Shown piece after piece: positions 1 through 9,998 of a stretch of 60,887 bases of DNA. Made by a program: the position numbers and the translations under genes. The number at the start of each line of letters is the position of its first letter. Within the stretch, counting starts at the first letter, position 1. The DNA comes from a virus (taxonomy: Duplodnaviria > Caudoviricetes): positions 1 to 60,887 of the IMG/VR virus record IMGVR_UViG_3300028196_000013. One strand, given 5' to 3'. The notes under the pieces were generated by a model. It was not told the DNA's origin. It saw only the letters and a program-made list of their open reading frames with translations, and made no database searches.

Positions 1-2
1 AC

Positions 3-509
3 TGGGGCAGTTCAAACCGTGGGGTCCACGCAAAAGGTGAGTACGGAACCGCATCTCTCCGAGCAGACGCAATGGGTCTTCTTGACACCGAAGGTCGCTG
101 GATTCTTCCACAAGACGCTGGTTCAACAAATACTGGCTCTGGACAAGCTGGCGCTGCAAGCGGCTGGATCTCCAAAGCAATTTCAATCAAAACTTTGGAG
201 GAGGCATACTACATGTTCACCGGACTGCAGTACAACACCTCTCCAATCCGAGTCACTGAATCGCAATGGGCAATCGCTGGTATTACTACTCCAGTCCACT
301 CTCACCTGATTCTCTCTGTCCTCGAAGAACCATTCTGTTACATGTCAGAACCATTGGTCATTGAACCAGAAAAATTGGTTGACTGGAACCTTCGCAGCAC
401 ACTCGGAACCGGCACTCTCCAGGGCGAGTCTCTGAGAGTCTTGGGGATGATCGTAGGTCAGCACCACGAGATGATCCAACTTCAAGTCACATCAACGGAG
501 CTTGCTTGA
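3..509 (+). CDS. Partial gene (open to window start); putative virion structural protein, possibly jelly-roll capsid-like
   Basis: Frame stays open upstream of the 72..509 ORF; beta-rich C-terminus (EPLVIEPEKLVDWNL); heads a co-oriented structural-like cluster. Confidence 0.4.
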   Translation, partial: WGSSNRGVHAKGEYGTASLRADAMGLLDTEGRWILPQDAGSTNTGSGQAGAASGWISKAISIKTLEEAYYMFTGLQYNTSPIRVTESQWAIAGITTPVHSHLILSVLEEPFCYMSEPLVIEPEKLVDWNLRSTLGTGTLQGESLRVLGMIVGQHHEMIQLQVTSTELA

Positions 510-549
510 GACCTTTTTGGTCCCCACACACACAATGAGGTGAACAAGT

Positions 550-1146
550 ATGGCACTCGATTTAACAAACGCATTCACCATCGGTGGATTGGACAGCGCC
601 CCTGGGGGCAACTCGGCAAGAATTCTCTGCATGACAGGTGCAGTTGAGATTTCAAGCATAACTCCCGCCGATGCAGGCGGTTCTGCTCTCTTTGACGCAG
701 ACGGCGGCATCACTCTAAAAACCGGAACTGGACTTAGTGGTGATGATTACACAACCGCAGATTTCGCATTGTCCTACGGTGCTGGCACCGTGGGTGTCGG
801 CGCAAACGACGCAGACGACGAAACTGGCGATCAAATCCGACTTAGCTTCACTTTCGGAGACACAGTTGACGACATCTCACAATTTCAAATCGTTGGCGCT
901 ACGGGCTCTTTCGCAGCAGACGCAGACGGCGTAGCAGCTACAATGGCCCCTGGGGCCGCTGGAGTTTCTCTTCTCGGAACCGGAATCGATGTAAACATGG
1001 TTGGTGGAGTGACAAAGATGAAGGGAAATACAGTTTCATTCATTCTGGACACACTAAGCGGTGAAGATGTGGCAAACATCGATCTTGCCGCAGGCACTTG
1101 CATTTCCTTCTCGGTTATTGCTATCGCTTTGCCAGTCCACGCTTGA
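550..1146 (+). CDS. Gly/Ala/Thr/Asp-rich hypothetical protein, putative virion protein
   Basis: 198 aa ORF, GAGGTG SD just upstream. Confidence 0.6.
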   Translation: MALDLTNAFTIGGLDSAPGGNSARILCMTGAVEISSITPADAGGSALFDADGGITLKTGTGLSGDDYTTADFALSYGAGTVGVGANDADDETGDQIRLSFTFGDTVDDISQFQIVGATGSFAADADGVAATMAPGAAGVSLLGTGIDVNMVGGVTKMKGNTVSFILDTLSGEDVANIDLAAGTCISFSVIAIALPVHA

Positions 1147-1217
1147 TTCTGATTCACTCACAATACCTGCTCCTTTGAGCATGTGTGAGTGGAACTTACA
1201 CAAAATGGTGATTCAAA

Positions 1218-1550
1218 ATGGACGGATGGCGAGGAACAAGACTTGGTTATGCTGGTGGTCGAACAGGCTACATGGCAAACTACGGCAACAACGATGCTTT
1301 CAGAGGCACCCTGGGTGCTAACAGCAACTCAAGCGGTTTCAACTATGTCCAGAGCGGCATTCAGCGAAACACAGCTACTTTGATGGCAACCGGCTTCGGC
1401 CTTGTTCTTGGACTTGCGATCCTCACTGGAAACAAAGGACTCAACAATGCAATCAACAAAGTGCCCGTGGTGGGCGACTTGAACAAAGCGGTGCAAAATA
1501 CAGCACCAGCCAAGGCTGCCCAGAACACGGTGAAGAAATTCACGAACTGA
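1218..1550 (+). CDS. Small membrane protein
   Basis: One hydrophobic segment (LMATGFGLVLGLAILTG); GGTGA SD upstream. Confidence 0.6.
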   Translation: MDGWRGTRLGYAGGRTGYMANYGNNDAFRGTLGANSNSSGFNYVQSGIQRNTATLMATGFGLVLGLAILTGNKGLNNAINKVPVVGDLNKAVQNTAPAKAAQNTVKKFTN

Positions 1551-1551
1551 G

Positions 1552-1797
1552 GTGGCCAAGTTGATGACCAGTACCTTCGAGCGTGCGATGGCTCAAAACG
1601 CCAACACGGTGCCGCTAAGGCATGAACTCGCAGGTAGCATGAGCGGAACTGCTTCAACAGTGTCAGGAGGCGTACTAACGGCTCTTGGCATTGGTACTCT
1701 TTTTTACTTCGGCAACGACCGTACATCGGGCTTAGTGCCTTTGATGGTTGCCGGATTGGGTGGATTGGCCATTGGAGGTTATCTACAGAACAGATGA
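1552..1797 (+). CDS. Small two-TM membrane protein (start may be ATG 1564)
   Basis: Two Gly-rich hydrophobic segments; GAGGTG overlapping the previous stop. Confidence 0.55.
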   Translation: MAKLMTSTFERAMAQNANTVPLRHELAGSMSGTASTVSGGVLTALGIGTLFYFGNDRTSGLVPLMVAGLGGLAIGGYLQNR

Positions 1798-1840
1798 AAA
1801 TATTCCCTGAATTCATACACATCAAGGGGGAAGTGATACA

Positions 1841-2611
1841 ATGGCAAGAGTTAATTTTGGAAGAACACCGACTGTACGAGGATACAATCCTTTAGCGAAC
1901 ACACTGAAACCTGGGCATGTTATCCAGATGCGTGGCGAATTTTATGTCGTTGACGCTGTCGAAGGATTAACAGTTGACCTGGTTGTTACCGCTGGTGGAA
2001 ATACTGCTGGAACTGAAATCTCGGATAACTACGATTCAGGATATTTCGAAGATGCGGATCTCGAACCTTACCGAAACCACCTTTACTGTTTGATTCCTTC
2101 CTTGACAGGACAACCAAAATTCATTACACGGTCCGGAACCTACGACGGCGTTGGTTTTCCCGACGATACCGCAGAAGTCACATTGTCTGGAGCATTGAAA
2201 TCCATCGGTGCAGCATCTCGTACTATGGTCGGGCTCATCAGCCCTCGTGTCTATCTCAAGCATCCTGCCGGGATACCCAGGTGGCACCTTGATGAAGCTC
2301 CGGAGAACGACAAGACTGGATTCATCGATGTCACAGTCAGTCCTCACGAAGATCCCAACCCAAACTTCGCAATTTGGATTGAAAGCGGTGAAAATCAACT
2401 TCCACAATTTAGAATGGTGAATACAACTGGAGAGGCAATCTACAACCCTGTAATTCACCTGCAGGGATTCAAAGCTCGGTTGAAGCATCTCAACAAGCGA
2501 GATATCGATGAGGCAAGAAAAGCAAACGGTGGTAAATTTGTCTACAAGATTATCAAGCCACAAGGTCTTCCGCACGCTGGTTCAATGAGCGCTGACTATG
2601 ACCCGAACTGA
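1841..2611 (+). CDS. Putative virion structural protein, paralog of 2626..4023
   Basis: 256 aa; shares GxISP, KxGFxD, PNP and GxFxYKII blocks with the next ORF. Confidence 0.6.
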   Translation: MARVNFGRTPTVRGYNPLANTLKPGHVIQMRGEFYVVDAVEGLTVDLVVTAGGNTAGTEISDNYDSGYFEDADLEPYRNHLYCLIPSLTGQPKFITRSGTYDGVGFPDDTAEVTLSGALKSIGAASRTMVGLISPRVYLKHPAGIPRWHLDEAPENDKTGFIDVTVSPHEDPNPNFAIWIESGENQLPQFRMVNTTGEAIYNPVIHLQGFKARLKHLNKRDIDEARKANGGKFVYKIIKPQGLPHAGSMSADYDPN

Positions 2612-2625
2612 GGGGGGTAGTCTGA

Positions 2626-4023
2626 ATGGCAATCAAAGAACTCACCAAAGGCAAAGATGCTAACCAACTTGCTCGGCAATCCCCCTTTGGCCGCCCTCCT
2701 TATGGCGGTGGCTATGAGTCATCCAAAGATTACAAGACCGGCGAATTGGTAATGCTCTCAGAGGGCCTTTACCGAATCAAACAAGCTGAAACAATCTCGA
2801 CCATCTTTCACATTGGGATACAAGGCACACTGACTGCCTCCGCCACAGGTTCGATCACCATAGATATGACTCAAAACAATCGAAGAGCGACTGAACTCAA
2901 TACAGTAGCAAAGGTATTTCCTGCCGGAATTCAAGTGTTGCTTGGTGAACAGGGTTTCAACAACACAAATCAAATCATCACCAACAGAGCGAACGCAACA
3001 TCATCTACGGCAGGTTTGCTAACAATTACTACAGACGACACTGTAAGAACTGCTCTGTATCCTGTTGGAACGGAATGCACAATCCTGTTCATTCCCAAAA
3101 ACGAAACCCACGCCAAACAATTCTTACTTGACAAAACAACAATGTCTGCACTTGAAAGCCCTTCCTCCGATACCGTAATTTACGAACTTCTATGGGGTTT
3201 GTCGCAACACCCAAAATACATTGGTGAGGATGGGGAAATTACATCGTCGGGGTTAAACAACGCCACGGAGGCGACAATAAGTTCCACCAACTACGGGGCG
3301 CAAATGGGAGGGACTCCAATAGGTTCTGGTGGTGTCAGGTCTGGTGGTGAAGAGGCAGGGGACACAAGTAAGGTAATTACCGGCTCAGGCCATGGTGCAT
3401 CTGGATATGGGACCTCAATGGTGAAATACGCAGGAATGATTTCACCTTCCGTTCGAGTTTACCAACCGGAATCAGTCGTTCGTTTCTCATCTGACCGTGA
3501 AAAAAACACAGATGCTACTATCTCCATTGCTGGAGGCCAATTAAATAAATCCGGATTCTTGGATGCATCAGACACTTCGGCATTGAGCCCCAACCCTTCT
3601 TACCGACTCCTAACGGGTTCTAATGGTAATGATGGCACTCTTCCTTTCTTCGAGACATTGCAGGCGACGGAAGAAGACCTGCACGATCCCCACATTGTAA
3701 TTATTGGAAACAAATTTACTTTGGTTGAGGTAAGCACAGAGGAAGTAAAGCAAATGGTTCGTCGTTCTGGGCGATTCAATTACAAAATCATACAAGACCC
3801 AACTCAAGCTTACAAAGACCTATCAGACGGTGTTACAGGGCCAAGAAACGGGTGGAAAGAGGCAGTAGAAGCAACAAAGGGACGCAGAATGTCTTTTGAT
3901 GATTACAAAAAATTGACTGACAATGTGACCAGCCAAACAATGAACCTTCTATATGGCACATCCACCCAGCAAGTAGCGAAGCGGAGTGGCATAGATCCAC
4001 GACAACGCCATCGGGGGAATTGA
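2626..4023 (+). CDS. Putative virion structural protein, larger paralog with insertions
   Basis: 465 aa; collinear motif blocks shared with 1841..2611; G-rich SD. Confidence 0.6.
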   Translation: MAIKELTKGKDANQLARQSPFGRPPYGGGYESSKDYKTGELVMLSEGLYRIKQAETISTIFHIGIQGTLTASATGSITIDMTQNNRRATELNTVAKVFPAGIQVLLGEQGFNNTNQIITNRANATSSTAGLLTITTDDTVRTALYPVGTECTILFIPKNETHAKQFLLDKTTMSALESPSSDTVIYELLWGLSQHPKYIGEDGEITSSGLNNATEATISSTNYGAQMGGTPIGSGGVRSGGEEAGDTSKVITGSGHGASGYGTSMVKYAGMISPSVRVYQPESVVRFSSDREKNTDATISIAGGQLNKSGFLDASDTSALSPNPSYRLLTGSNGNDGTLPFFETLQATEEDLHDPHIVIIGNKFTLVEVSTEEVKQMVRRSGRFNYKIIQDPTQAYKDLSDGVTGPRNGWKEAVEATKGRRMSFDDYKKLTDNVTSQTMNLLYGTSTQQVAKRSGIDPRQRHRGN

Positions 4024-4643
4024 AAATGGTTGATGTATTGCCAGACGGAGTAACAGACATAACAGACGGAGTAATTGACACGGACACCATAATGCTGTTC
4101 CCAGGTGATATGCACCAAGGGGGGCACAGCCGAGTCCAAGACAACCGGGCCATCGTAGAACGCCGAAGGAACTTGACTATAACATCTAAAGCCACAGAAG
4201 TTGTATTGGATCAATTGGAATCCGGCAACTTGGAATATGTACTCATTAAAGCCTCTCGCACGCTCTCCGATGGAACAGAGGGAGCCGTCCCCGGAAAGAT
4301 AGCAATCTTTCTCCAGTTAGATGGATATGCTCAAGGTGGGTTCGAAAGCATTTACGACGGTGCGGTGGGCGCATCTGTTCCAGGAGTCACAATGGCTACG
4401 ATGAGTGAACTGAACCTGCCGGAGCAATCTGGAATGTGGTATTTGACAGTCGACCAAATCGATACCAAAGTCGCATTGTTCCGCAACCGAAACTACAATC
4501 ACAGAATTCGCTTGAAGATAATGAATACTGACACATCATCTTCTGTACATATTGATTTTATTGAAATTGCCAGAAAACGCCGTATTGCAAAAGAGGGCAT
4601 GTCCAACGCTCGAGGCAACAGCATGGACCAATTAGGCTACTGA
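4020..4643 (+). CDS. Hypothetical protein (putative virion, beta-rich)
   Basis: 207 aa ORF coupled to the upstream gene. Confidence 0.55.
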   Translation: MKMVDVLPDGVTDITDGVIDTDTIMLFPGDMHQGGHSRVQDNRAIVERRRNLTITSKATEVVLDQLESGNLEYVLIKASRTLSDGTEGAVPGKIAIFLQLDGYAQGGFESIYDGAVGASVPGVTMATMSELNLPEQSGMWYLTVDQIDTKVALFRNRNYNHRIRLKIMNTDTSSSVHIDFIEIARKRRIAKEGMSNARGNSMDQLGY

Positions 4644-4644
4644 G

Positions 4645-5205
4645 GTGAATATGATGGGGCAGACTACAGCACAAGCAGACGCATCAGTTTTCGGCGCAAT
4701 CGTTCACCAAGCTGGAACAGGATATCTAACCAACTTGGGTACAACGCTTGCCGTTGGGGCTACATCAATAATCCTCGATACCGGGACCTCCTCGCTTTCC
4801 AAAGGTCAAACTGGAAAATTTACCGGATCAACTCAATTGTACACTATTGTTTCAGTCGATGCGGCGGGGACTCGAGACACTAATTCTGCGGGAATTGGTA
4901 TTCATGGCGTAGATGTAACTCAAATTACAGTCTCGCCCGCACTCGTGGCCACGCTTGCGAACAATGTGGCATTTACTCCTACTGCGGCAGCCCAGGCTTT
5001 ACCTCCTTACCAAGTCACGGATAGTATCGTCGTGTTAGCCGACGCCAGCAACTCAAACAACATCTTCGTAGGCAGCGACAGTGTGACCGTAAGTTATGGG
5101 TTCATGCTTGCCGCTGGTTCCGCTATTGAAATCAAATGCACAGACGCTTCATCTGTTTACATCATAGGTACAACGAACGACCATGTTTACATCACGGGGA
5201 GCTGA
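4645..5205 (+). CDS. Putative virion spike/decoration protein
   Basis: Thr/Ala/Gly-rich; C-terminal NxxxIFVGxxxV...GFxLxAG pattern; GAGGTG SD. Confidence 0.5.
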   Translation: MNMMGQTTAQADASVFGAIVHQAGTGYLTNLGTTLAVGATSIILDTGTSSLSKGQTGKFTGSTQLYTIVSVDAAGTRDTNSAGIGIHGVDVTQITVSPALVATLANNVAFTPTAAAQALPPYQVTDSIVVLADASNSNNIFVGSDSVTVSYGFMLAAGSAIEIKCTDASSVYIIGTTNDHVYITGS

Positions 5206-5209
5206 TTCA

Positions 5210-5887
5210 ATGGGTAAATATTCAGGGGCAGGCGGCGGCGGCGACATAGATGCTGCGACTACATCACTCCAAGGCAAGGTTGAACTTGCAACACAAGCTG
5301 AAACCACCGGTGGCACCGTGGACACGATGGCAGTAACTCCCGCAGGTCTACATACGGGACTTGCTGGCCTAACCGATGTAACAGTTACCGCCTCAGACAA
5401 GATCGTACATATCGATGTGTCTGACAGCGGGAAGCTAAAAATTGACACGATTCAAGGTATTCTTGACCTCGTACCCTCTGTATCTACCGCATCTGACTCT
5501 ACCGCAGGTATAATCGAAATTGCAACAGACGCAGAGACTTTAACGGGAACTGCGACGAACAGGGCAGTTACTCCTGCGAACCTTGTAGCCAAGATTAACC
5601 AACTCGTTGTGGTTGGCAATGCCCAGCCAACACTAACGGCTGGACAGAGTGGCGCAGTGATTTACCTCGACCATGCTAATTCGGGCGTTACCTTGCCGAA
5701 CGGATGTGCTGTCGGCACTCACTTTACAATCATCAACAACACAGGTTCAAGTGAAGCAATTGGGCTAAATACCAACGGGGTGGTTTTGAGTGGCTTGCCA
5801 AACAATACAATCAATGACCACCTTTCTAAAACCTTCATCTGCGTGACGCTTTCGGGCAGCTCCTCAACATGGGCAGTAATTGGGTGA
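5210..5887 (+). CDS. Fibre/spike protein with phage tail-fibre-type repeats
   Basis: Two repeats, ATTSLQGKVELATQAET..AVTP and ASDSTAGIIEIATDAET..RAVTP, resembling T4 long-tail-fibre repeats. Confidence 0.65.
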   Translation: MGKYSGAGGGGDIDAATTSLQGKVELATQAETTGGTVDTMAVTPAGLHTGLAGLTDVTVTASDKIVHIDVSDSGKLKIDTIQGILDLVPSVSTASDSTAGIIEIATDAETLTGTATNRAVTPANLVAKINQLVVVGNAQPTLTAGQSGAVIYLDHANSGVTLPNGCAVGTHFTIINNTGSSEAIGLNTNGVVLSGLPNNTINDHLSKTFICVTLSGSSSTWAVIG

Positions 5888-5893
5888 ACTCTT

Positions 5894-6547
5894 ATGTTTT
5901 CAACAGCAGTTGCCGGAAGCGTATCTGATTCGACAAAATCAGGGACGCCGTCCTTTACTGTACAAAGTATGAGGCTCACCCCCATCAATAATCAAGGTGC
6001 TGTAGTAACTCCAGGGGTCCAAACATTGACTAACGGCCAAACGACAGCCGCTATAGCGATGAGCGATATTGGATTCGGGGGAAGCATCAGATTCCAAATG
6101 CAAGTGAATATCGGAAATAGTGTCGGCGGTGGTGGGCGTTCAACATCAAACGATATCACTTTGAATCCGAAAGGTCATGAACTCTACTCAGGCGAACTGC
6201 AACCGACAGTGTCGCAGACAGATTACGATGGGAGTCCCGGTAAACATGTTGGCATAATGTTAGAAGAGGGACCAGATGGAAGTGGTGGTACTTCCTTCCT
6301 TTCCGCTATAATAAGTCAAGATTCGGGAGGTGCCGGCGGAACCAGTAACGCCGTCCTCACCTTCAATAGCTCCCCCCCGAATTTGCTCATGGAGCAGGTG
6401 GAAGAATTGGCATTAGGTATCATCTCTTCAGCGACTGGATTGTTTGAGATTCCGGATCTCTGTATCGAAATACTTGACAAAAACACGGGGATTTACGCAC
6501 TTGGTCCGAGCGATGCAATGAGATTCACGATAGAGTTGGCGACCTGA
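5894..6547 (+). CDS. Hypothetical Ser/Gly-rich protein (putative virion)
   Basis: 217 aa ORF, GGGTGA SD. Confidence 0.5.
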   Translation: MFSTAVAGSVSDSTKSGTPSFTVQSMRLTPINNQGAVVTPGVQTLTNGQTTAAIAMSDIGFGGSIRFQMQVNIGNSVGGGGRSTSNDITLNPKGHELYSGELQPTVSQTDYDGSPGKHVGIMLEEGPDGSGGTSFLSAIISQDSGGAGGTSNAVLTFNSSPPNLLMEQVEELALGIISSATGLFEIPDLCIEILDKNTGIYALGPSDAMRFTIELAT

Positions 6548-6549
6548 AG

Positions 6550-7011
6550 GTGAATAAAGTGATTGAAGTCAAAGATTTAGGTACGACCAAAAAATCAAGA
6601 CCACAGTTGTTGAGACTGTATCGTAACGAATTCCCCAAACTAACAGTGGAAGTCGTTGAACGATTCACAAACTCATTCAACTGTATAGCCTGGACAATCG
6701 GTGTTCGAGATCGATGGGTCTGGAATGAAGTAGACATGAACAATGATGGTTTGGCGAGCTTCTCGGAATTCATCTCCTTTTACAACAAACACGGATTGAT
6801 GCCAACGACCATTGAATCGGAAGCTGATGTCGCTATATTCGGATTTGAAAATTTTGGGAAAATTGATGTCAAACATGGGGCAGTAAGAGAAAAAGGGAGC
6901 AATTACTGGCTTTCCAAAATGGGGCAAGGCGGGATAATCCGCCATGCTGGACTAAATGTGTTTGGAGATAGTCCCTATGGGGACCTTCTGTTGATGTTCA
7001 AGAGGGTTTGA
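6550..7011 (+). CDS. Papain-fold-like Cys/His protein with EF-hand-like insert
   Basis: FNCIAW, KHGA, WLSKMG and PYG motifs; DMNNDGLASFSEF loop. Confidence 0.5.
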   Translation: MNKVIEVKDLGTTKKSRPQLLRLYRNEFPKLTVEVVERFTNSFNCIAWTIGVRDRWVWNEVDMNNDGLASFSEFISFYNKHGLMPTTIESEADVAIFGFENFGKIDVKHGAVREKGSNYWLSKMGQGGIIRHAGLNVFGDSPYGDLLLMFKRV

Positions 7012-7127
7012 AGTGGCCGGAAGAAGGTAAGCCCATGAAATGCGATTGCGGATGTGAAGAAATCATCCAAGTACCTCATGAGGGTATAGGGGTGCTGGAA
7101 ATTTGCCAAGATTGCGGTTTAACGACC

Positions 7128-8075
7128 CTATTCCTTGGGAATCAATGATGGCTTTTGAGGCTGCACAGTAGACCACTTACAGTAAACACATTGGTGATTC
7201 TTTAGAGTTGTCATAGAAACAGATCGCAGTGAACAAACATTGTGGCATCCAGGGCACACCTTTGTTTCCTCATCCGCAGATACATCGGATATTGGGTGCC
7301 AGTACCCAGATGAAAGAAACTCTTCATAACTCATTTGTTTTACCGGGAAGTCGGGTCGTCCAAATGTCCACGCACCGGCATATTTGTATGAACCGTCTGT
7401 GTATTGAGCCATAAAATAAATGTCGTCTGCAGGATAAATGTACATGCTTGCTTCGTCCACAGTTGTATTATCTACTCTCATGCTCAGCTCCCGAATAAGC
7501 GCAGCATGGTCTTTCTCACTTACATACATGGTGTCCTTGATGAGTTTTGCCTTTGTCCACCCTTTGAATGGAGGCACGACATAGCCGGGGCTGCTCCATG
7601 CCCCGTAACGACTACGATGCTGGCTTCCTTGCACCGTTTGGCCCTCCTTCTCGATGTATTTGGGTTTCTGAGTATGCTCGACCCATCCTATCAGTGAACC
7701 TTTGGGCATTTGGATAAGGCGAACATCGTGGCCCGATTGTATTAACGAATTAGGTGCCCTCTCGAATGGCAATTGCAAAACCTTGTACCACAATGGCGAC
7801 GATGACTGTGCAGTTACGGAACATTTCAAGCACAAGGGTGTGCGTGTTGTTGATTTAATCGTGGAGGTGCCGAATATCTTTTCGTAAATTTCTTCATGGC
7901 CATCCATTCGAATTAAATGTTTCAATTCCGGCCTCCAACTCCTATTCATTGTGGAGCCAAAAGATGCAGGTTTTTCTCCACACCTGGCATCGCCATCAGG
8001 GCTATCGTAAATGTGGTACTCTTCGTTTACCTTTGCAATGTACGGGGTCTTTTGAGGATCTATCATTTGCAACAC
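7128..8075 (-). CDS. Hypothetical protein with CxxC pairs
   Basis: 315 aa; CLKC, CPGC, CVYC. Confidence 0.55.
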   Translation of the reverse strand: MLQMIDPQKTPYIAKVNEEYHIYDSPDGDARCGEKPASFGSTMNRSWRPELKHLIRMDGHEEIYEKIFGTSTIKSTTRTPLCLKCSVTAQSSSPLWYKVLQLPFERAPNSLIQSGHDVRLIQMPKGSLIGWVEHTQKPKYIEKEGQTVQGSQHRSRYGAWSSPGYVVPPFKGWTKAKLIKDTMYVSEKDHAALIRELSMRVDNTTVDEASMYIYPADDIYFMAQYTDGSYKYAGAWTFGRPDFPVKQMSYEEFLSSGYWHPISDVSADEETKVCPGCHNVCSLRSVSMTTLKNHQCVYCKWSTVQPQKPSLIPKE

Positions 8076-8354
8076 TCCTGCAACAAGGGAAGATTATGCA
8101 ACAAGGCGATAAGTTGTATGACTTGTATGCGAGTTGTATTGTGTGCAAGATGTAGGACTGTTTTTCCCATGAACCTACTGACAACCATGCACAGACCACC
8201 TGCTTTGCTTCACATGGACAACCTACATGAAGGCTTCGCTACTCATGGAGTGTGGCCCAATACTTCATGTTCCAAGAAGGTTATAAGGTTCAAGTGCTTG
8301 ATTGCTAATGGGCGGAAGTGTGTATAGCATACAAGCCGTATAGGAGATGTAAAA

Positions 8355-8561
8355 TTGGCAGAACTTGAATCAAACATACATGAAGCATTACTGAACACAT
8401 TGGCTAAAGAGGGTACACTTTCTCCAGAAATCAAGCAGGCCTGCATGATGCTGGGTATCGCAGTAATGAGTGACCTCCGCATGGTAGTTCGAGAAGAACT
8501 CGAACGGTTCGGTTTAGCGGTCCATCTGGTTGGCGAGGAGGAAAAGAAAGATGTGGAATAG
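8355..8561 (+). CDS. Hypothetical protein
   Basis: 68 aa; AGGAG SD upstream. Confidence 0.5.
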   Translation: MAELESNIHEALLNTLAKEGTLSPEIKQACMMLGIAVMSDLRMVVREELERFGLAVHLVGEEEKKDVE

Positions 8562-9429
8562 GCCAGGTCGTCAATTTGACAATTGCGTAACTGCTCTGGA
8601 GTATGCCCTGTTGACAAGGGCTGCAGGGGAACTGTATCGTCGTATCACGGTAGGTGAGCCCACTGAAACGCCCCTGTTCTCCGATTTTCCTGCCCAGCAC
8701 CAAACCTACTATCTGGGATACACTATGATGCATTTTGGCTCTCCGAGGACAGAACCGCCGGAGATAAGCTCACAGGCAGAATCGACCATAGCGGCTCTTT
8801 TTGAGGTTCTTTTTGATCTCTGCCACGACGACGATGAAATGCGATTCCTTCTGTCCTCGGTTTGGGCCGAGCATATGAAGGAGTGTGAAGATGACGATTT
8901 TCTTCAAGAGTGGGCGGATCTGCTGCTCGATGATGAAAGATTTGAACTGTCTCTTGAGAAAATTCTTGAGGCGATTCTCGACACCTTCCTGCATGACGGG
9001 GACTATGAAATACATGCATGGGCTGTCCAAGAGGAATTCTTGCAGTTGGAATTTTCTAAAATCCCTGTGTCGGAAATCAAACGACAAACAGAATTCCTGC
9101 TCAAGCTCTACGATCTTTCCACTAAACCGTTGACGAAGCACTTGGATGCACTTCGGCCACAGGAAGGTGGATGGGAAGTTGAAAAACAACCCGATGGCAG
9201 TTATGCCATCAAGACGGGAAGAGATATCTTTTCCTTAGAAGAAGCAGAGGCTATCGCCAAACTACCTGGCCTTGTTAAGAAATCCTCTAAACCATTGAAA
9301 AAATCCCATTCCGAATGGATCTCGATGATGAACTACATCCAAAAGCGATGCGGTAAAGCAAGGACAATTGAAATCTTGCAGTGTGTTTGGAACGGGATTG
9401 AAATTATCGAAGAAGGTGATGGGGAATGA
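8530..9429 (+). CDS. Acidic helical hypothetical protein
   Basis: 299 aa ORF; start uncertain. Confidence 0.6.
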   Translation: MARRKRKMWNRPGRQFDNCVTALEYALLTRAAGELYRRITVGEPTETPLFSDFPAQHQTYYLGYTMMHFGSPRTEPPEISSQAESTIAALFEVLFDLCHDDDEMRFLLSSVWAEHMKECEDDDFLQEWADLLLDDERFELSLEKILEAILDTFLHDGDYEIHAWAVQEEFLQLEFSKIPVSEIKRQTEFLLKLYDLSTKPLTKHLDALRPQEGGWEVEKQPDGSYAIKTGRDIFSLEEAEAIAKLPGLVKKSSKPLKKSHSEWISMMNYIQKRCGKARTIEILQCVWNGIEIIEEGDGE

Positions 9430-9591
9430 GTATTTGGCCTTTAGTGACTCTTGGATTTGTAATCTATTTGCTTATCCGATTCTCCGGCGCAGATGCATCG
9501 TTAGGGAAACATTGGCGTAACTACATCCGTGCTGTTGGAAATATTTCGGTGGAGGAAGAATGATGAACAACTGCAAATACGGACACGCTGA

Positions 9592-9873
9592 GTGCATCAA
9601 TCGGAATCTAAAGCCGAACCAAAATGGAATTATGATGTGTCCCGTCTGCCTGGACAAGTGGAGAACCAGACGCAACATCATTCGAGACAGGAGTGGCTCA
9701 AAATGAATGCAGGTTTGGGGGGGATTTGGATGATTGAATGTTTGGACATGAAAGGCGATTGGATACTTTACGCAAAAGAAAACACACAACAGACCGCCAG
9801 AAGGACAGCAGCAGAGGCGATTGTAAAAGCGAAGCTAATTTATCAGGTACGGATTAGAAGGGTGAGTGATTAA
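9592..9873 (+). CDS. Hypothetical protein
   Basis: 93 aa ORF; start uncertain. Confidence 0.4.
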   Translation: MHQSESKAEPKWNYDVSRLPGQVENQTQHHSRQEWLKMNAGLGGIWMIECLDMKGDWILYAKENTQQTARRTAAEAIVKAKLIYQVRIRRVSD

Positions 9874-9998
9874 ATGAGATTTACAAACAGCGTGTGCGCA
9901 AGAAAGGGCTGCAATCGACCAACTGTTTCTGGCTCCAAATACTGTATGAATATGTTAGGCAAGCCTTGTGCTGAAATTGCTGTTCGAGGTGAGGAGGA

